DNA of 64,000 nucleotides. Origin: an uncultured bacterium (GTDB lineage Bacteria; Patescibacteriota; Microgenomatia; Levybacterales; UBA12049). The notes beneath the pieces were generated by a model that made no database searches, had not been told where the DNA came from, and saw only the letters and a program-made list of their open reading frames with translations. The stretch is from assembly GCA_963826535.1 (NCBI GenBank), contig CAWGXL010000011.1:128809-192808 (forward strand). The letters are read 5' to 3'. This document shows positions 29,116-39,812 of the stretch, piece by piece. Position 1 is the stretch's first letter; every line of letters starts with the position of its first letter. Both the position numbers and the translations under genes were made by a program.

Positions 29116-32100
29116 TTACCCTGTCTTTTCGGCCGATTGGTCAACCTCTTCGGTGGGCGGGACTTCTGGTGTTGCTGCGGTTTCAATTTTGTCAGTTTTG
29201 TCGATAACCTCTTGCGCTTCAAGTGATTTCTGTAGTTCCACAACCTGATCTTTAATTTTTTCAGAAGCGACTTCTTCTTTCACTTCAACTGCTTCATTAT
29301 AGACTACCGCACCTACCGGCACAACATTTAGCCCGAGAGACTGTAATTCTTTGATAAGTACTTTGAAAGATTCGGGAACTTTGGGTGTTGGGATGTCGGT
29401 TCCTTTGACAATAGCTTCAAATGCCTTTGCACGACCTACTATATCGTCCGATTTAATAGTTAACATTTCTTGTAAAATATAGCGCGCGCGATGTGCCTCC
29501 AATGCCCAGACTTCCATTTCTCCTAATCTCTGTCCACCCATTTGTGCTTTTCCACCGAGGGGTTGTTGGGTAACTAGCGAATATGGACCTGTTGAGCGCG
29601 CGTGTGTTTTATCTTCAACCATGTGAATAAGTTTCATAATATATTCAATTCCAACAACAACTTCATTTTGGTATGGCAAACCTGTACGACCATCTAATAA
29701 TTGAACCTTGCCATGAACTGGCAGCCCTGCTTGCTTAAGTAATTTGACAATTTTGTCTTCGGAAATTTTTTCAAAAACAGGTACGCCAATTTTCATATTG
29801 AGTTTTTGTGCGGCAAAACCAAGATGCGCTTCAAGAAGTTGACCCAGATTCATACGGGCAAGCACGCTAATCGGAGAAATAATGATATCAATCGGTGTGC
29901 CGTCGGACAGACACGGCATGTCAGCGATTGGCAGAATTCGGGAAATAATTCCTTTATTTCCGTGCCGGCCGGCCAATTTGTCGCCAACAACTACATGACG
30001 GAATTGGGCGACTTCAATAATAATCTTTCGAGTGGTGCCCGGTTCAAGCTCGTCGCCCTGTTTTCTATCGAGGATTTGAATATTAATAACTGTTCCTCTT
30101 TCACCATGCGGCATACGAAGGCTGGTATCGCGAACTTCACGTGCTTGTTCTCCAAAGATGGCGCGGAGTAATCTTTCTTCGGCTGTTAATTCCGTTTCGC
30201 CTTTGGGAGCAATTTTGCCAACTAAAATATCTCCAGGCGAAACTTCACTTCCGAGCACGACAATCCCGGTTTCATCAAGATTGGCAAGGTCTTCTTCTGA
30301 GACATTTGGGATATCGCGGGTTGTTTCTTCCGGCCCAAGTTTGGTTTCGACAACAGCAGCTTCATATTTCTCAATATGAATTGAAGATAGAATATTTTCT
30401 TTGACCAAACGATCCGAGATGACAATAGCATCTTCATATCCCAATCCGTCAAGCGATGCATATGCAATCAGGAGATTTCGTCCAAGGGCTAATTCTCCGT
30501 TTTGGGCTGAGGGTCCATCAATAATAACATCTTCCTTCTTAACTGATTGTCCCATAACCACAAGCGGACGCTGTGTATAGGAGGTTGCTTGTGATGTCCG
30601 CTGGAATGTCTCGACTTTGTATGTTTCTTTTTTATCACCTTTACCTTCTATTACTACTTTTTCAGAATCGACATAGATTATTTTTCCGTTAAACGGGGCC
30701 TTCACTACTCTTTTCATAACTTCCGCAATGGTCGACTCCATGCCGGTGCCAACAATCGGACTCTCGGGATGAACAAGCGGCACAGCCTGACATTGCATGT
30801 GTGTTCCCATAAGTGCACGGTTGGCTTCGTCATGGGCAATAAAAGGAATTAATGATGCCGAAGTACCGACTACCTGACGCGGCACGACATCAATGTATTC
30901 AATTGCTTCGCGGTCAACTTCGATAAAGTCTCCCTTATATCTTGCGGGAACCCGTTGGTCTAGTATTTCTCCTTTATCCGAGATGGAAATACCTGCATGA
31001 GTTATGTGATGCCCTAATTCGTCATCTGCTGTCAGATAAACGATTTCATCGGTAATTTTAACAGAATTTTTCCCTCCTCTTTTCTCTTTTATAACTTTCT
31101 TGTAAGGGGATTCAAGGAAACCATATTCATTTACTTTTGCATAGAGGGCTTTATATGTTACGAGACCAATATTTGGACCTTCAGGACTTCTAATCGGATC
31201 AATTCTTCCATATTGAGAACTGTTGATATCGCGAATAGAAAATGCGGCTCTTTCTCTGGAAATACCTCCTGTTCCCATGACAGTTAAACGGTTAAGATTG
31301 TCGATTTCAGAAAGCGGATTGGTTTGGTCGAGGATAGTTGAGAGTTGGGAAGTACGAAAGAATTCATTAATGGCTGCCATAATCGGACGTGCATTGATAA
31401 GATTGGCAACAGCTATGGGTGTATCCGGCTGCAGAAGGCTCATGCGTTCCTTAATGCTTCTTTCAACTCTAAGAATTCCAAGGCGGAAGGCATTAATGGC
31501 GACCAGTTCTCCAACACTTCTGACTCGGCGATTGGCAAGACTATCAATGTCATCAATATCACCCCTACCTTGCTCAAGCATTATAAGGTAGGAGATTGTG
31601 GCTATAATATCATCTACGTTCAAAACATGTTCCTCAGATGGGGTAAAACCCGGGACCTTCTTGAGGCGTTTGTTTATTTTATATCTCCCAACAACTCCGA
31701 GATCATAGCGGCGATTATTGAAGAAGAGATTGGTAAAATATTCTCTAACTTTATCCAAAACAATCGGCTCACCCGGATGCATTTTTTTGAAAATTTCGAC
31801 AATTGCCTCTATTTCATTGCTTGCTTCATCCTTCTCTAAGGTATTATCGATAAATGATATTTCCCTACCTTCTTCCAGGTTCTTGAATTTTTCTTTAATG
31901 GCAGCATTCTCTGAAATTCCGAGCGCACGTAAAAATGTGGTTGCAAGAAATTTGCGTCTGCGGTCAATTTTTACTGTAATCGTACCATAACGAGTTGTGG
32001 CAAACTCGAGCCAAGAACCATGAGTTGGGCGAATTTCTGTGGAGTAAAGTGTCCTGCCGGTAATTGGGTCTTGTGTTCCAATAAAAAATACTCCCGGAGA

Positions 32101-32565
32101 GCGCACTAACTGATTGACTACTGCTCTCTCGATACCATTTACAATAAAAGTTCCCCTTTCTGTCATTTGCGGAATATCGCCCAAGAATACTTCTGCTTCA
32201 TAAGTAGCATTGGTTTTTTTGTTAGTTAAAGTGACTTTTACGGTAAGCGGCGCATTGTAAGTAAGTCCTTTTATGAGCGCTGTTTCGGGATCAATAGTAG
32301 GCTTGCCGACTTTATGTTCACTGAAGTAAAGGCTCCAATTCTTTCCGGTGAAATCATCAACAGGAGAAATTTCATGTAGAACCTCTGCTATGCCTTTTTC
32401 CTGAAATAATTTATATGAATTTTTTTGGACTGCCAAAAGATCAAGTTCCGGTAATATAAGATGACTTTTTCCCCAATTTTGTCTGATTATATTGTTATTT
32501 GGTGGTAAAACTTGCTTTGGCATGTGAGAAATTCTATTAAGCAGGATATCCTCTATAACACGCAA
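29116..32565 (-). CDS. rpoB: DNA-directed RNA polymerase subunit beta
   Basis: Rif-cluster-like 'LSQFMDQ'-region equivalents, 'GDKLAGRHGNKG', and C-terminal 'EMEVWALEA'. Directly upstream of rpoC. Confidence 0.95.
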   Translation of the reverse strand: MRVIEDILLNRISHMPKQVLPPNNNIIRQNWGKSHLILPELDLLAVQKNSYKLFQEKGIAEVLHEISPVDDFTGKNWSLYFSEHKVGKPTIDPETALIKGLTYNAPLTVKVTLTNKKTNATYEAEVFLGDIPQMTERGTFIVNGIERAVVNQLVRSPGVFFIGTQDPITGRTLYSTEIRPTHGSWLEFATTRYGTITVKIDRRRKFLATTFLRALGISENAAIKEKFKNLEEGREISFIDNTLEKDEASNEIEAIVEIFKKMHPGEPIVLDKVREYFTNLFFNNRRYDLGVVGRYKINKRLKKVPGFTPSEEHVLNVDDIIATISYLIMLEQGRGDIDDIDSLANRRVRSVGELVAINAFRLGILRVERSIKERMSLLQPDTPIAVANLINARPIMAAINEFFRTSQLSTILDQTNPLSEIDNLNRLTVMGTGGISRERAAFSIRDINSSQYGRIDPIRSPEGPNIGLVTYKALYAKVNEYGFLESPYKKVIKEKRGGKNSVKITDEIVYLTADDELGHHITHAGISISDKGEILDQRVPARYKGDFIEVDREAIEYIDVVPRQVVGTSASLIPFIAHDEANRALMGTHMQCQAVPLVHPESPIVGTGMESTIAEVMKRVVKAPFNGKIIYVDSEKVVIEGKGDKKETYKVETFQRTSQATSYTQRPLVVMGQSVKKEDVIIDGPSAQNGELALGRNLLIAYASLDGLGYEDAIVISDRLVKENILSSIHIEKYEAAVVETKLGPEETTRDIPNVSEEDLANLDETGIVVLGSEVSPGDILVGKIAPKGETELTAEERLLRAIFGEQAREVRDTSLRMPHGERGTVINIQILDRKQGDELEPGTTRKIIIEVAQFRHVVVGDKLAGRHGNKGIISRILPIADMPCLSDGTPIDIIISPISVLARMNLGQLLEAHLGFAAQKLNMKIGVPVFEKISEDKIVKLLKQAGLPVHGKVQLLDGRTGLPYQNEVVVGIEYIMKLIHMVEDKTHARSTGPYSLVTQQPLGGKAQMGGQRLGEMEVWALEAHRARYILQEMLTIKSDDIVGRAKAFEAIVKGTDIPTPKVPESFKVLIKELQSLGLNVVPVGAVVYNEAVEVKEEVASEKIKDQVVELQKSLEAQEVIDKTDKIETAATPEVPPTEEVDQSAEKTG

Positions 32566-32659
32566 TAAAAAATACTGGGGCCTGGCCCTTATATTTTTGA
32601 TTGAAAGAGAGTCTTTGTAATGTATAGCATATAAACTATATGCATGTCAATACCTTTGG

Positions 32660-33403
32660 TTATGGTATAAGAGATTGTCGTGGCTGACTAGGTGGATCAA
32701 TATATATTATTTGTTGTTCGGTTTTTTTGCTCTTTTCTCTTTCTGTACTTTTTCGATCTTGGGTTAGAACTTTGGATTTATTTTCATAAGGAGGCGACTT
32801 AGATTGAAATGCCGGCAATTTAGACTTAGCCTGACCTTGGCCAAGACTCTTTTCCGGCGTTTTTGATTTGTTGACATTACTATCCGGTTCTTGCTTGTTG
32901 GAATGTTTATCATTATTAGTACGAGGCACTTCAATAGCAATAAACGTTCCACGTTTTGCGGCAGCGCTAGTACCTGTTATCGCATCATGCAGCAATTCGT
33001 ATCCTTGTCCGGCAATTCTAACTTTTACTTCGTTTTCTGTCTTATCGAGTATGGCAAGCTCCATTGCCCGCTCATCACCTTTTCCCGTATTGGTGAAGAT
33101 CCCAATACAATCGTGTTTCGGCGGACAAAATTTCTCAATTATCACCTGGGCAGAAATCCTGTCTGCCTCAGACAACGCTTCTGTAGCTGCTTCACCCGTT
33201 ATAGGATCGACGGTGGCAGTGTCTTCTCTATCAATCGCACTCATATTATATGGGGTTGCGCATCCTCCCAATGCTATAGCTTCTGACCCTACAAGCAACA
33301 TAGCAAAGAGAGTATTTTTTGACTTGCTTTTACTACTTGTATTTACTTCATTAGTCTTTGGAGGTTTTGGAAAAAGTTCTCTATTAGGTGAAGATTCCTT
33401 CAT
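32660..33403 (-). CDS. putative lipoprotein
   Basis: Hydrophobic stretch ending 'IALGGC' (lipobox-like) after a Lys/Ser-rich N-terminus; the remainder has no recognisable domain. Confidence 0.4.
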   Translation of the reverse strand: MKESSPNRELFPKPPKTNEVNTSSKSKSKNTLFAMLLVGSEAIALGGCATPYNMSAIDREDTATVDPITGEAATEALSEADRISAQVIIEKFCPPKHDCIGIFTNTGKGDERAMELAILDKTENEVKVRIAGQGYELLHDAITGTSAAAKRGTFIAIEVPRTNNDKHSNKQEPDSNVNKSKTPEKSLGQGQAKSKLPAFQSKSPPYENKSKVLTQDRKSTEREKSKKTEQQIIYIDPPSQPRQSLIP

Positions 33404-33475
33404 ACTCTCGGGGAGGTATACTTATTTAACATAAAATTAGAATACTGTCAATTTTCCGATAGCAGTTTAGTCGGG

Positions 33476-35287
33476 TTATTTTATTGCTTCTATCTCAGGA
33501 TATTTAACCATGGTCGGGACTTTAAAACTTGGTAATCTCTCTACCTTGCTAGTGGCTGTTGCTAATATGACAATTCTTTCCTTCCTTCCATTACGTTTAG
33601 GGTCTATAATTCCCGCTGAAATATTTATAGCCTCGCGAAGATCTTTCTTAGATTTCTTTTGGTTATTGTCCAAATTCCCCAATACTGTATACGTAACTAC
33701 AGCATTAGGCATCAAAATATTATTACCACCAACATTAACCTCGATCGGAGCCCAATTATTTCGATCCAGATTAAGCTTTCCATTTGGAGCCCATACCACA
33801 ATTCGCTCTCTTGGTTTTTCTTTCAGCCCGAATGCAAATACGCCACGATCTTTAAGCCACTTACCAATATTACTATACCTTATAGCTCCCGTTCCTTTCC
33901 AACTCTCATTTGCCTTTGGTTTCATAATAAGGGTAGCCCCGGTATCGGTTATTTCAACCTGCAATCCCTTTTCGTTCCCATCGGCCACTTCTGGGGTGCC
34001 ATTATCAAGGTACTCCACATTCCTCCAATCCCTTGAAATCTGCTTTAGAACAGCATTAGAATTCACACTTCCGGACTCGGATTTGGCTTCATCTCCCCAG
34101 GCGGTATTCTTCCCATCCAAACGCACTTCGAAATTTCCCAACTTTTTTAGTTCGATAAATTCTTTGTTAACAAGTTCACGTTGTAACTCAGGTTGAAGAT
34201 AAGAATTAGGGACAAGATTAGTAGTTTGAGGATTGGTAATTATATTATCCGGCACCTTTGATTCGACAGGTTTATCCGGCGGTGATGCGGGACAAGCAGC
34301 TAATGCTAGGGTAGAAAATAACACTCCTGTTCTAAATCTATTGCGTAGGCTTTTATTTTTACTCCTTTGATTTTTAGAAATATCTAAAGATTTACTTAGA
34401 TAAGGGCTAGAGTCTATTTTAAATCCTTCTGTTTTTCTTGCTTCTTGTCTTTCTTTCAGCCTATCCTCCCATGCTTTGGTGTGTGTATACGATATTTTTG
34501 GATCCCCTGATTCTTCCATAACTATGCTTTGATTGAATTGTTGCTCTGCCTTTGTCGCAAATTCTTCAGTGTTAAACTTTATATTGCTTACACCCTCTGC
34601 AAGATGTTTTGCGACTTCTGAGTAATCTGCATGATAGAATCTACCAAAAGCTTCCAGTAACGAAATTTCGCTTACTTTTATTTTGCCTGTTTGTTTATCT
34701 TTTTCATTTATTTTTACGGCCGGTTTTTGGGCTTCTATTAACTCCTCTGCAGTAAGTTTTGTTCCAACTTGAAATGCGAAGTAGCCTAAATCGCCTTTAC
34801 CCTTACCATCTTTGGCAAAATATTCATCATACAATTTCCCTGCACCATTGTTTACTGAAATACCAAGTTTTCTCAACATTTGTTCTTCCGGCTTGTCTTT
34901 AAATTTAAGTAGAAGCTTATTTGTGGTATCCAGCCAATTCAGCTTCTGTTGCGCAAAAGACATGTCCTTATATTCACTATCTGAGCCATTCCAATATTCA
35001 CTTCGTTTATGCATGGATCCGCTGGTAATCGTTTTAGTTTCAATGGGCACATTAGCATTTATCTTATTTTTTACTTCTTGTAGTTTTTGCACAAGAGCTA
35101 CTCCTGGACCGGGCATCGAACCGTCAAACAGAAGTTTCGCTTGAAGTGCAATATGGGGTTCACCAAGCAATGGTTTTTTCGTAGCAACCTCCGGGATTGC
35201 AAATCCCATAAGAGCCGGTTCTGCTAAACGTCGTTGACTCGCGCGGATAAAGCTCTCCGGATTGGGTCTTGTTAACTCGGGATTCAT
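33476..35287 (-). CDS. hypothetical large protein (internal hydrophobic/lipobox-like segment 'LFSTLALAAC')
   Basis: 603-aa continuous ORF. No N-terminal signal, but an internal TM plus 'LAAC' near residue 320 suggests two domains or an alternative start. Confidence 0.4.
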   Translation of the reverse strand: MNPELTRPNPESFIRASQRRLAEPALMGFAIPEVATKKPLLGEPHIALQAKLLFDGSMPGPGVALVQKLQEVKNKINANVPIETKTITSGSMHKRSEYWNGSDSEYKDMSFAQQKLNWLDTTNKLLLKFKDKPEEQMLRKLGISVNNGAGKLYDEYFAKDGKGKGDLGYFAFQVGTKLTAEELIEAQKPAVKINEKDKQTGKIKVSEISLLEAFGRFYHADYSEVAKHLAEGVSNIKFNTEEFATKAEQQFNQSIVMEESGDPKISYTHTKAWEDRLKERQEARKTEGFKIDSSPYLSKSLDISKNQRSKNKSLRNRFRTGVLFSTLALAACPASPPDKPVESKVPDNIITNPQTTNLVPNSYLQPELQRELVNKEFIELKKLGNFEVRLDGKNTAWGDEAKSESGSVNSNAVLKQISRDWRNVEYLDNGTPEVADGNEKGLQVEITDTGATLIMKPKANESWKGTGAIRYSNIGKWLKDRGVFAFGLKEKPRERIVVWAPNGKLNLDRNNWAPIEVNVGGNNILMPNAVVTYTVLGNLDNNQKKSKKDLREAINISAGIIDPKRNGRKERIVILATATSKVERLPSFKVPTMVKYPEIEAIK

Positions 35288-35408
35288 TATTTGGCATTAT
35301 AGCCAGCCTTATAATAGTTGTCAACTATTCGATTTAGATTATAGAATGAGGTCTATCTGCGAATTTCGTTGGATGATATGATAATGAACCGGATTTTTCA
35401 AGCAGTCT

Positions 35409-37094
35409 CTAAGGAGATAGCTTGTCTGCGCCGACAAGCTCTTGAATTTTACTGAATCCTTCCCGCCAATTACGTAGCTTTCTAAAGGCTAAAAGATAAG
35501 TGCTTGCCTCTTTTACATTAAAAAGCCAAGTTAAGAAAAGATAAAGGCTAAGTCCCGCCATGCTTGATATGCCAGTCAAAAAAATAAGATTAATTGTCCT
35601 TGTAGTGTCAAATACCAGCTGATCGAGAAGTTTGATCGGAATATAAAGTGCGAACGCGGTAAAAAAGGTTGAAACAAAAAATTTTACCCATGGCACAAAA
35701 AACGAACGCTTATTAAATCCGCCAACTTTCGCGTCAAGCAAAAGAAAAAGAACAACAAGCTGAACAATACTGCTGATACTAAAGGCAATTGCTAATCCCT
35801 CGACACCCGAATCCATGTAATCTATCCTTAAATGCCAGACTATAATAAAAAGATAGGCCGCGACCACAAATAGCACATTAGTTATAGCGCTGACAACGAG
35901 AGGAGTTTTTGTATCATGCAATGCATAAAATCCCCGCAATATCAATGTAATGAGAGCTTGAGCAAAAATAGAAATTGCAAAAAATTTCAATGTATCTCCT
36001 GTCAATACAGTAGAAGGCCAGTCAAGTTTGGGCGCTCCATAGACCAAGCGTACCAAAGGAATACGCAAAACAAGTATAAGAGCTGAAATCGGCAAGACGA
36101 TATAAAGCATTTGGTTAAAACTATTTATAAAAGTCGACTTAAAATCGTCCAGGCGATCTTTTTCTCTTGCCAAAATAGGGAATGCTGCCTGAGCAATTGC
36201 GTTTCCGAAAAGCACGACAGGGGCAAAGGCAAGCGTTTTCGCTAAATCAAAGATAGTATTCATTTTTGTTGGTTCAGGAAGAAGAGATATAAAAGCACCT
36301 ATAGCAACTATCGATGAATTTCCGATTATTACCGAGATTGCCCGCGGCCACATCATGTGCCCCACTTTTTTAATACCATCCAGTACCGAAGCCGTCCAGG
36401 AGAGGCTAAATTTAAAACCAACTTTAAGAGCCAACGGAATTTGAACCAAAACAAAAATAAGCGCTCCCAATACTGAGCCGATCATAGCGGAATAGATTCC
36501 AAAAGTTGAAGCGAATATTAAAATTCCGGCAATTATACCAACATTATAAAAAGCTGCAGCCATAGCCGGGATAAGGAAATTATTATACGATTGCAGCAAG
36601 GCAGTAAAAAATGTGCCGATAATAAACAAAAATTCACTGAAAATATAAATTCTAGTCATATTAACCATTATCGTCATCTCTTGTTCAGTTAAATGTCCAC
36701 CTAGATTAAATATTTGTAAAATTGACTCGGCAAAAAATGCCAAAATGCAAGAGATAATTAAAAATAGGATAAAACCGATAAAAAGAAGAGTAGATGCCAT
36801 CTTATGCCCTTCTTGTTCATTACCTTTATGAATATAGCCTGTAAATATAGGAATAAATGCAGATGTAAGTGCCGCGGCGATAGTCAACTGGAATATATAA
36901 TCCGGAAGGTAAGATGCATAAAAATAAATTCCTACCTGGGATACGCCAAAAATAGAAATCATTAAGCGTTGACGGATGAGACCGAGCACCTGTGAGAAAA
37001 CTACAGTAGCCATAATAACAAAGGCCGCGGAGAGAATATTGGTCTGCCGTTTTGACAATAAATCAAGACTTTTCCATAAAAAATTATTACGCAT
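35409..37094 (-). CDS. murJ: lipid II flippase MurJ/MviN
   Basis: 561 aa with 14 predicted TM helices. The N-terminal 'AAFVIMATVVFSQVLGLIRQRLMISIFG' is characteristic of MurJ. Confidence 0.8.
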   Translation of the reverse strand: MRNNFLWKSLDLLSKRQTNILSAAFVIMATVVFSQVLGLIRQRLMISIFGVSQVGIYFYASYLPDYIFQLTIAAALTSAFIPIFTGYIHKGNEQEGHKMASTLLFIGFILFLIISCILAFFAESILQIFNLGGHLTEQEMTIMVNMTRIYIFSEFLFIIGTFFTALLQSYNNFLIPAMAAAFYNVGIIAGILIFASTFGIYSAMIGSVLGALIFVLVQIPLALKVGFKFSLSWTASVLDGIKKVGHMMWPRAISVIIGNSSIVAIGAFISLLPEPTKMNTIFDLAKTLAFAPVVLFGNAIAQAAFPILAREKDRLDDFKSTFINSFNQMLYIVLPISALILVLRIPLVRLVYGAPKLDWPSTVLTGDTLKFFAISIFAQALITLILRGFYALHDTKTPLVVSAITNVLFVVAAYLFIIVWHLRIDYMDSGVEGLAIAFSISSIVQLVVLFLLLDAKVGGFNKRSFFVPWVKFFVSTFFTAFALYIPIKLLDQLVFDTTRTINLIFLTGISSMAGLSLYLFLTWLFNVKEASTYLLAFRKLRNWREGFSKIQELVGADKLSP

Positions 37095-37136
37095 AGCGCA
37101 GTTGTGTTTTTAAGTATAGCATGCTAAAATGGCAAA

Positions 37137-37385
37137 ATGCCAGTATTGCATAACGCCAAAAAAAAGTTAAAACAGGATAAAAAACGTGCCATACATAATC
37201 GCAAAATAAAAGCACAATTTAGAGAGTTAATTAAAGCAGCAAAGCTGGGAAAAAAGCCTGATATTATAAGTCGCGCATTCAGCAGCATCGATCGCGCTGC
37301 AAAGCACAATATAATTCACAAAAATAAAGCAGCCAGGATGAAAGCTTCAATTGCAAAAATAACAACCCCTCATAAATCTGCCTAA
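37137..37385 (+). CDS. rpsT: 30S ribosomal protein bS20
   Basis: 'AKKKLKQDKKRAIHNRKIK...KASIAK', a basic all-helical S20 profile of about S20 length (82 aa). Confidence 0.85.
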   Translation: MPVLHNAKKKLKQDKKRAIHNRKIKAQFRELIKAAKLGKKPDIISRAFSSIDRAAKHNIIHKNKAARMKASIAKITTPHKSA

Positions 37386-37406
37386 TTTCTGTGATAAAAT
37401 AATAAT

Positions 37407-38666
37407 ATGCTAGATATTAAATTCATCCGCGAAAATCCGGAGTTAGTTCAGAAAGCGTCCAGAGATAAAAAGGTTGAGGTTGATATCAATCATCTGCTTG
37501 AAATCGATAAAAAGAAACAACAACTGCAAAAATCAGTACAGTCGCTGCAACAAGAACGGAATGCGTTTGCGAAAAATATTAAGGGCAAACCTACAAATGA
37601 GCAAGTAGAAGAAGGCAAAAAAATAAAAGTAAAGCTTGAGAAAGAAGAGAATGCATTTAATGCTGTAAATGAGGAACTGGATGCAATATTGCGCAAGATC
37701 CCCAACGTTGCAAAGTCTGATGTAAAAGTTGGAAAAGACGAGTCAGAGAATGAAGTGTTGCGCAAATATAAAGAGCCAACTAAATTTACATTTAAACCAA
37801 AAGACCATTTGGAAATTGGAGAAGCGTTAGATATTATTAATGTAAAGACAGCAGCGAAAGTTTCAGGTACTCGCTTTGGCTATTTAAAAAATGAAGGGGT
37901 ACTATTGGAGTTTGCACTCAAACAGCTCGCTTTTGACACTCTTATCCCACAAGGATTCATTCCGGTTCTGCCGCCGGTTCTAGTAAAAAAAGAAATTATG
38001 GAAGGATTGGGCTATACGGAATTGGGAGAAGACGCAAATATATTTTTTCTCGAAAAAGATAATTTATACCTTGTTGGCACATCGGAGCAAGCTCTGGTGC
38101 CAATGCACAAAGATGAGGTGCTAAAAAAAGAAGAATTACCTAAGCGCTATGTTGGCTTTTCTACTTCTTTCCGCCGTGAAGCCGGCAGCTATGGGAAAGA
38201 TACGCGCGGTATTTTTCGTGTCCATCAATTTGACAAAGTCGAAATGGTTTCCTTTGTTGCAGAAGGCGATGATGATAGGGAACATGAATATATGCTGGCA
38301 ATAGAGGAAAAGTTTTTCCAAATGCTTGAAATCCCCTATCAAGTTGTGAGAATTTGTACAGGCGATTTAGGATTTAATGCTGCAAGAAAATATGATATTG
38401 AAGCGTGGATTCCTTCACAAAATAAATATCGCGAAGTTACTTCTACTTCAACAGTGACAGACTTTCAATCCAGAAGATTAAATATGCGCTATCAAGATGG
38501 TAATGAAAAGAAATATATGCAAGTGCTCAATGGCACAGCATTTTCCATGAACCGGCCGATTATTGCTATTCTTGAGAATTATCAACAAGAAGACGGGAGT
38601 GTCGTGATTCCGGAAGTGTTAAGAAAATATATCGGTAAAGATATTATAAAACCACATAAAACTTAA
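37407..38666 (+). CDS. serS: seryl-tRNA synthetase
   Basis: 'MLDIKFIRENPE' N-terminal coiled-coil arm and class II motifs ('FRRE', 'GLGYTELGED'). Confidence 0.9.
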   Translation: MLDIKFIRENPELVQKASRDKKVEVDINHLLEIDKKKQQLQKSVQSLQQERNAFAKNIKGKPTNEQVEEGKKIKVKLEKEENAFNAVNEELDAILRKIPNVAKSDVKVGKDESENEVLRKYKEPTKFTFKPKDHLEIGEALDIINVKTAAKVSGTRFGYLKNEGVLLEFALKQLAFDTLIPQGFIPVLPPVLVKKEIMEGLGYTELGEDANIFFLEKDNLYLVGTSEQALVPMHKDEVLKKEELPKRYVGFSTSFRREAGSYGKDTRGIFRVHQFDKVEMVSFVAEGDDDREHEYMLAIEEKFFQMLEIPYQVVRICTGDLGFNAARKYDIEAWIPSQNKYREVTSTSTVTDFQSRRLNMRYQDGNEKKYMQVLNGTAFSMNRPIIAILENYQQEDGSVVIPEVLRKYIGKDIIKPHKT

Positions 38667-38696
38667 ACAATTAGTATGATTTACTCATATTATGCA

Positions 38697-38810
38697 GTTG
38701 TCATTCCCGCGAACGCGGGAATCCAGGAGGTAAAATAATTTTTTACATTTTATCTTTATAAGGAAGAGTTATTTATATCTTCTGGATTCCCCTGTCCAGG
38801 GGAATGACAA
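38697..38810. mobile_element. MITE-like palindromic element, copy 2 (subfamily B)
   Basis: Perfect 11-bp TIRs TTGTCATTCCC / GGGAATGACAA. Each end folds into a perfect hairpin (ATTCCCGCGaaCGCGGGAAT; ATTCCCCTGtcCAGGGGAAT). Shares flanking motif TTTACTCAT.TTA.GCA with copy 4. Confidence 0.55.
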
Positions 38811-38843
38811 ATTATTTTTGCGTAACATGAGCAAGTAAGAAAT

Positions 38844-39755
38844 ATGATTTTTCTTGAAAAATACGAACTCCTGAAAAAATCTATTCCTGTGGCGGCGCTT
38901 GTGCTTGGTAATTCGGTTGACTGTGAATATTCAGATTTTATAACTTTATGTAAGAATTGCTACTATTGTTTTGATGCGTCTTATATAGAAGACAGTATGT
39001 ATGTTGTCCTGGGAGCTTTTAATAAAAATCTTGTGGACTGTCTTGCCATGGCTGACTCTGAGAAATGTTATGGATGCGTAGAGTCTACTAAATGCCACAG
39101 TTCTACTTATTTATTACATTGTAATAATTGTACCGATTGTCATTTTTCATCGTATTTAAATGCTTGCTCTGATTGTTTTGGTTGTGTTGGTCTTAACCAT
39201 AAGAAGTATTGTATCTTCAACAAGCAATACTCCAAAGTAGAATACTTTAAGAAAATAGAAGAGCTGAAAAGTGAGAAACCAGAAAATCTTCTTGAGCAAA
39301 TGCGTAAACTCAAAAAACAAATACCACATCCTGCAACTTATCAATCTAATAGCGAAAATTGTCCGTTTGGAAATTACGTATATAATTCTAATAACTGTTA
39401 TTGGATCTTTAATACATTTTACTTTGAAAATTGCGGATATGCATATTACTCAGCAATTGCAAAGAACTGTTGGGATATGTATTGTTCAGGTGGAAGCAAA
39501 GAAGAAAACGGCATGACTGAAAAATGTTACGAGATGGTTGCTTCAAGGCCAAGTAACTATGAGTGCGCATATCAATTTATATCCCAATACTGTACGAATT
39601 GCTATTATGGCATTGATCTTAGAAATTGCTCCGACTGTTTTGGCTGCGTAGGACTGACCAATAAAAAATACTGTATTTTAAATAACCAATTGACCAAAGA
39701 ACGGTATGAAAATGCTGTTAAAGAAATCAAAAAAGAGCTTGGGTGGAAAGTTTAA
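38844..39755 (+). CDS. cysteine-rich repeat protein (about 32 Cys, internal duplication), paralog 1
   Basis: Repeated CxxC pairs. Each half ends 'NC[ST]DCFGCVGL..KKYCI.N.Q' followed by '...IKKELGW'. 303 aa. Confidence 0.6.
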   Translation: MIFLEKYELLKKSIPVAALVLGNSVDCEYSDFITLCKNCYYCFDASYIEDSMYVVLGAFNKNLVDCLAMADSEKCYGCVESTKCHSSTYLLHCNNCTDCHFSSYLNACSDCFGCVGLNHKKYCIFNKQYSKVEYFKKIEELKSEKPENLLEQMRKLKKQIPHPATYQSNSENCPFGNYVYNSNNCYWIFNTFYFENCGYAYYSAIAKNCWDMYCSGGSKEENGMTEKCYEMVASRPSNYECAYQFISQYCTNCYYGIDLRNCSDCFGCVGLTNKKYCILNNQLTKERYENAVKEIKKELGWKV

Positions 39756-39812
39756 TTTAAAATTTAGAATTTATAATTCAGAATTGTATGGTTGATGATT
39801 TGATTTTTTATT

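Noticed and set aside
33510-34196. 228-aa plus-strand ORF
   Set aside because: Entirely antisense to the 603-aa minus-strand ORF. No motif; no independent start context.
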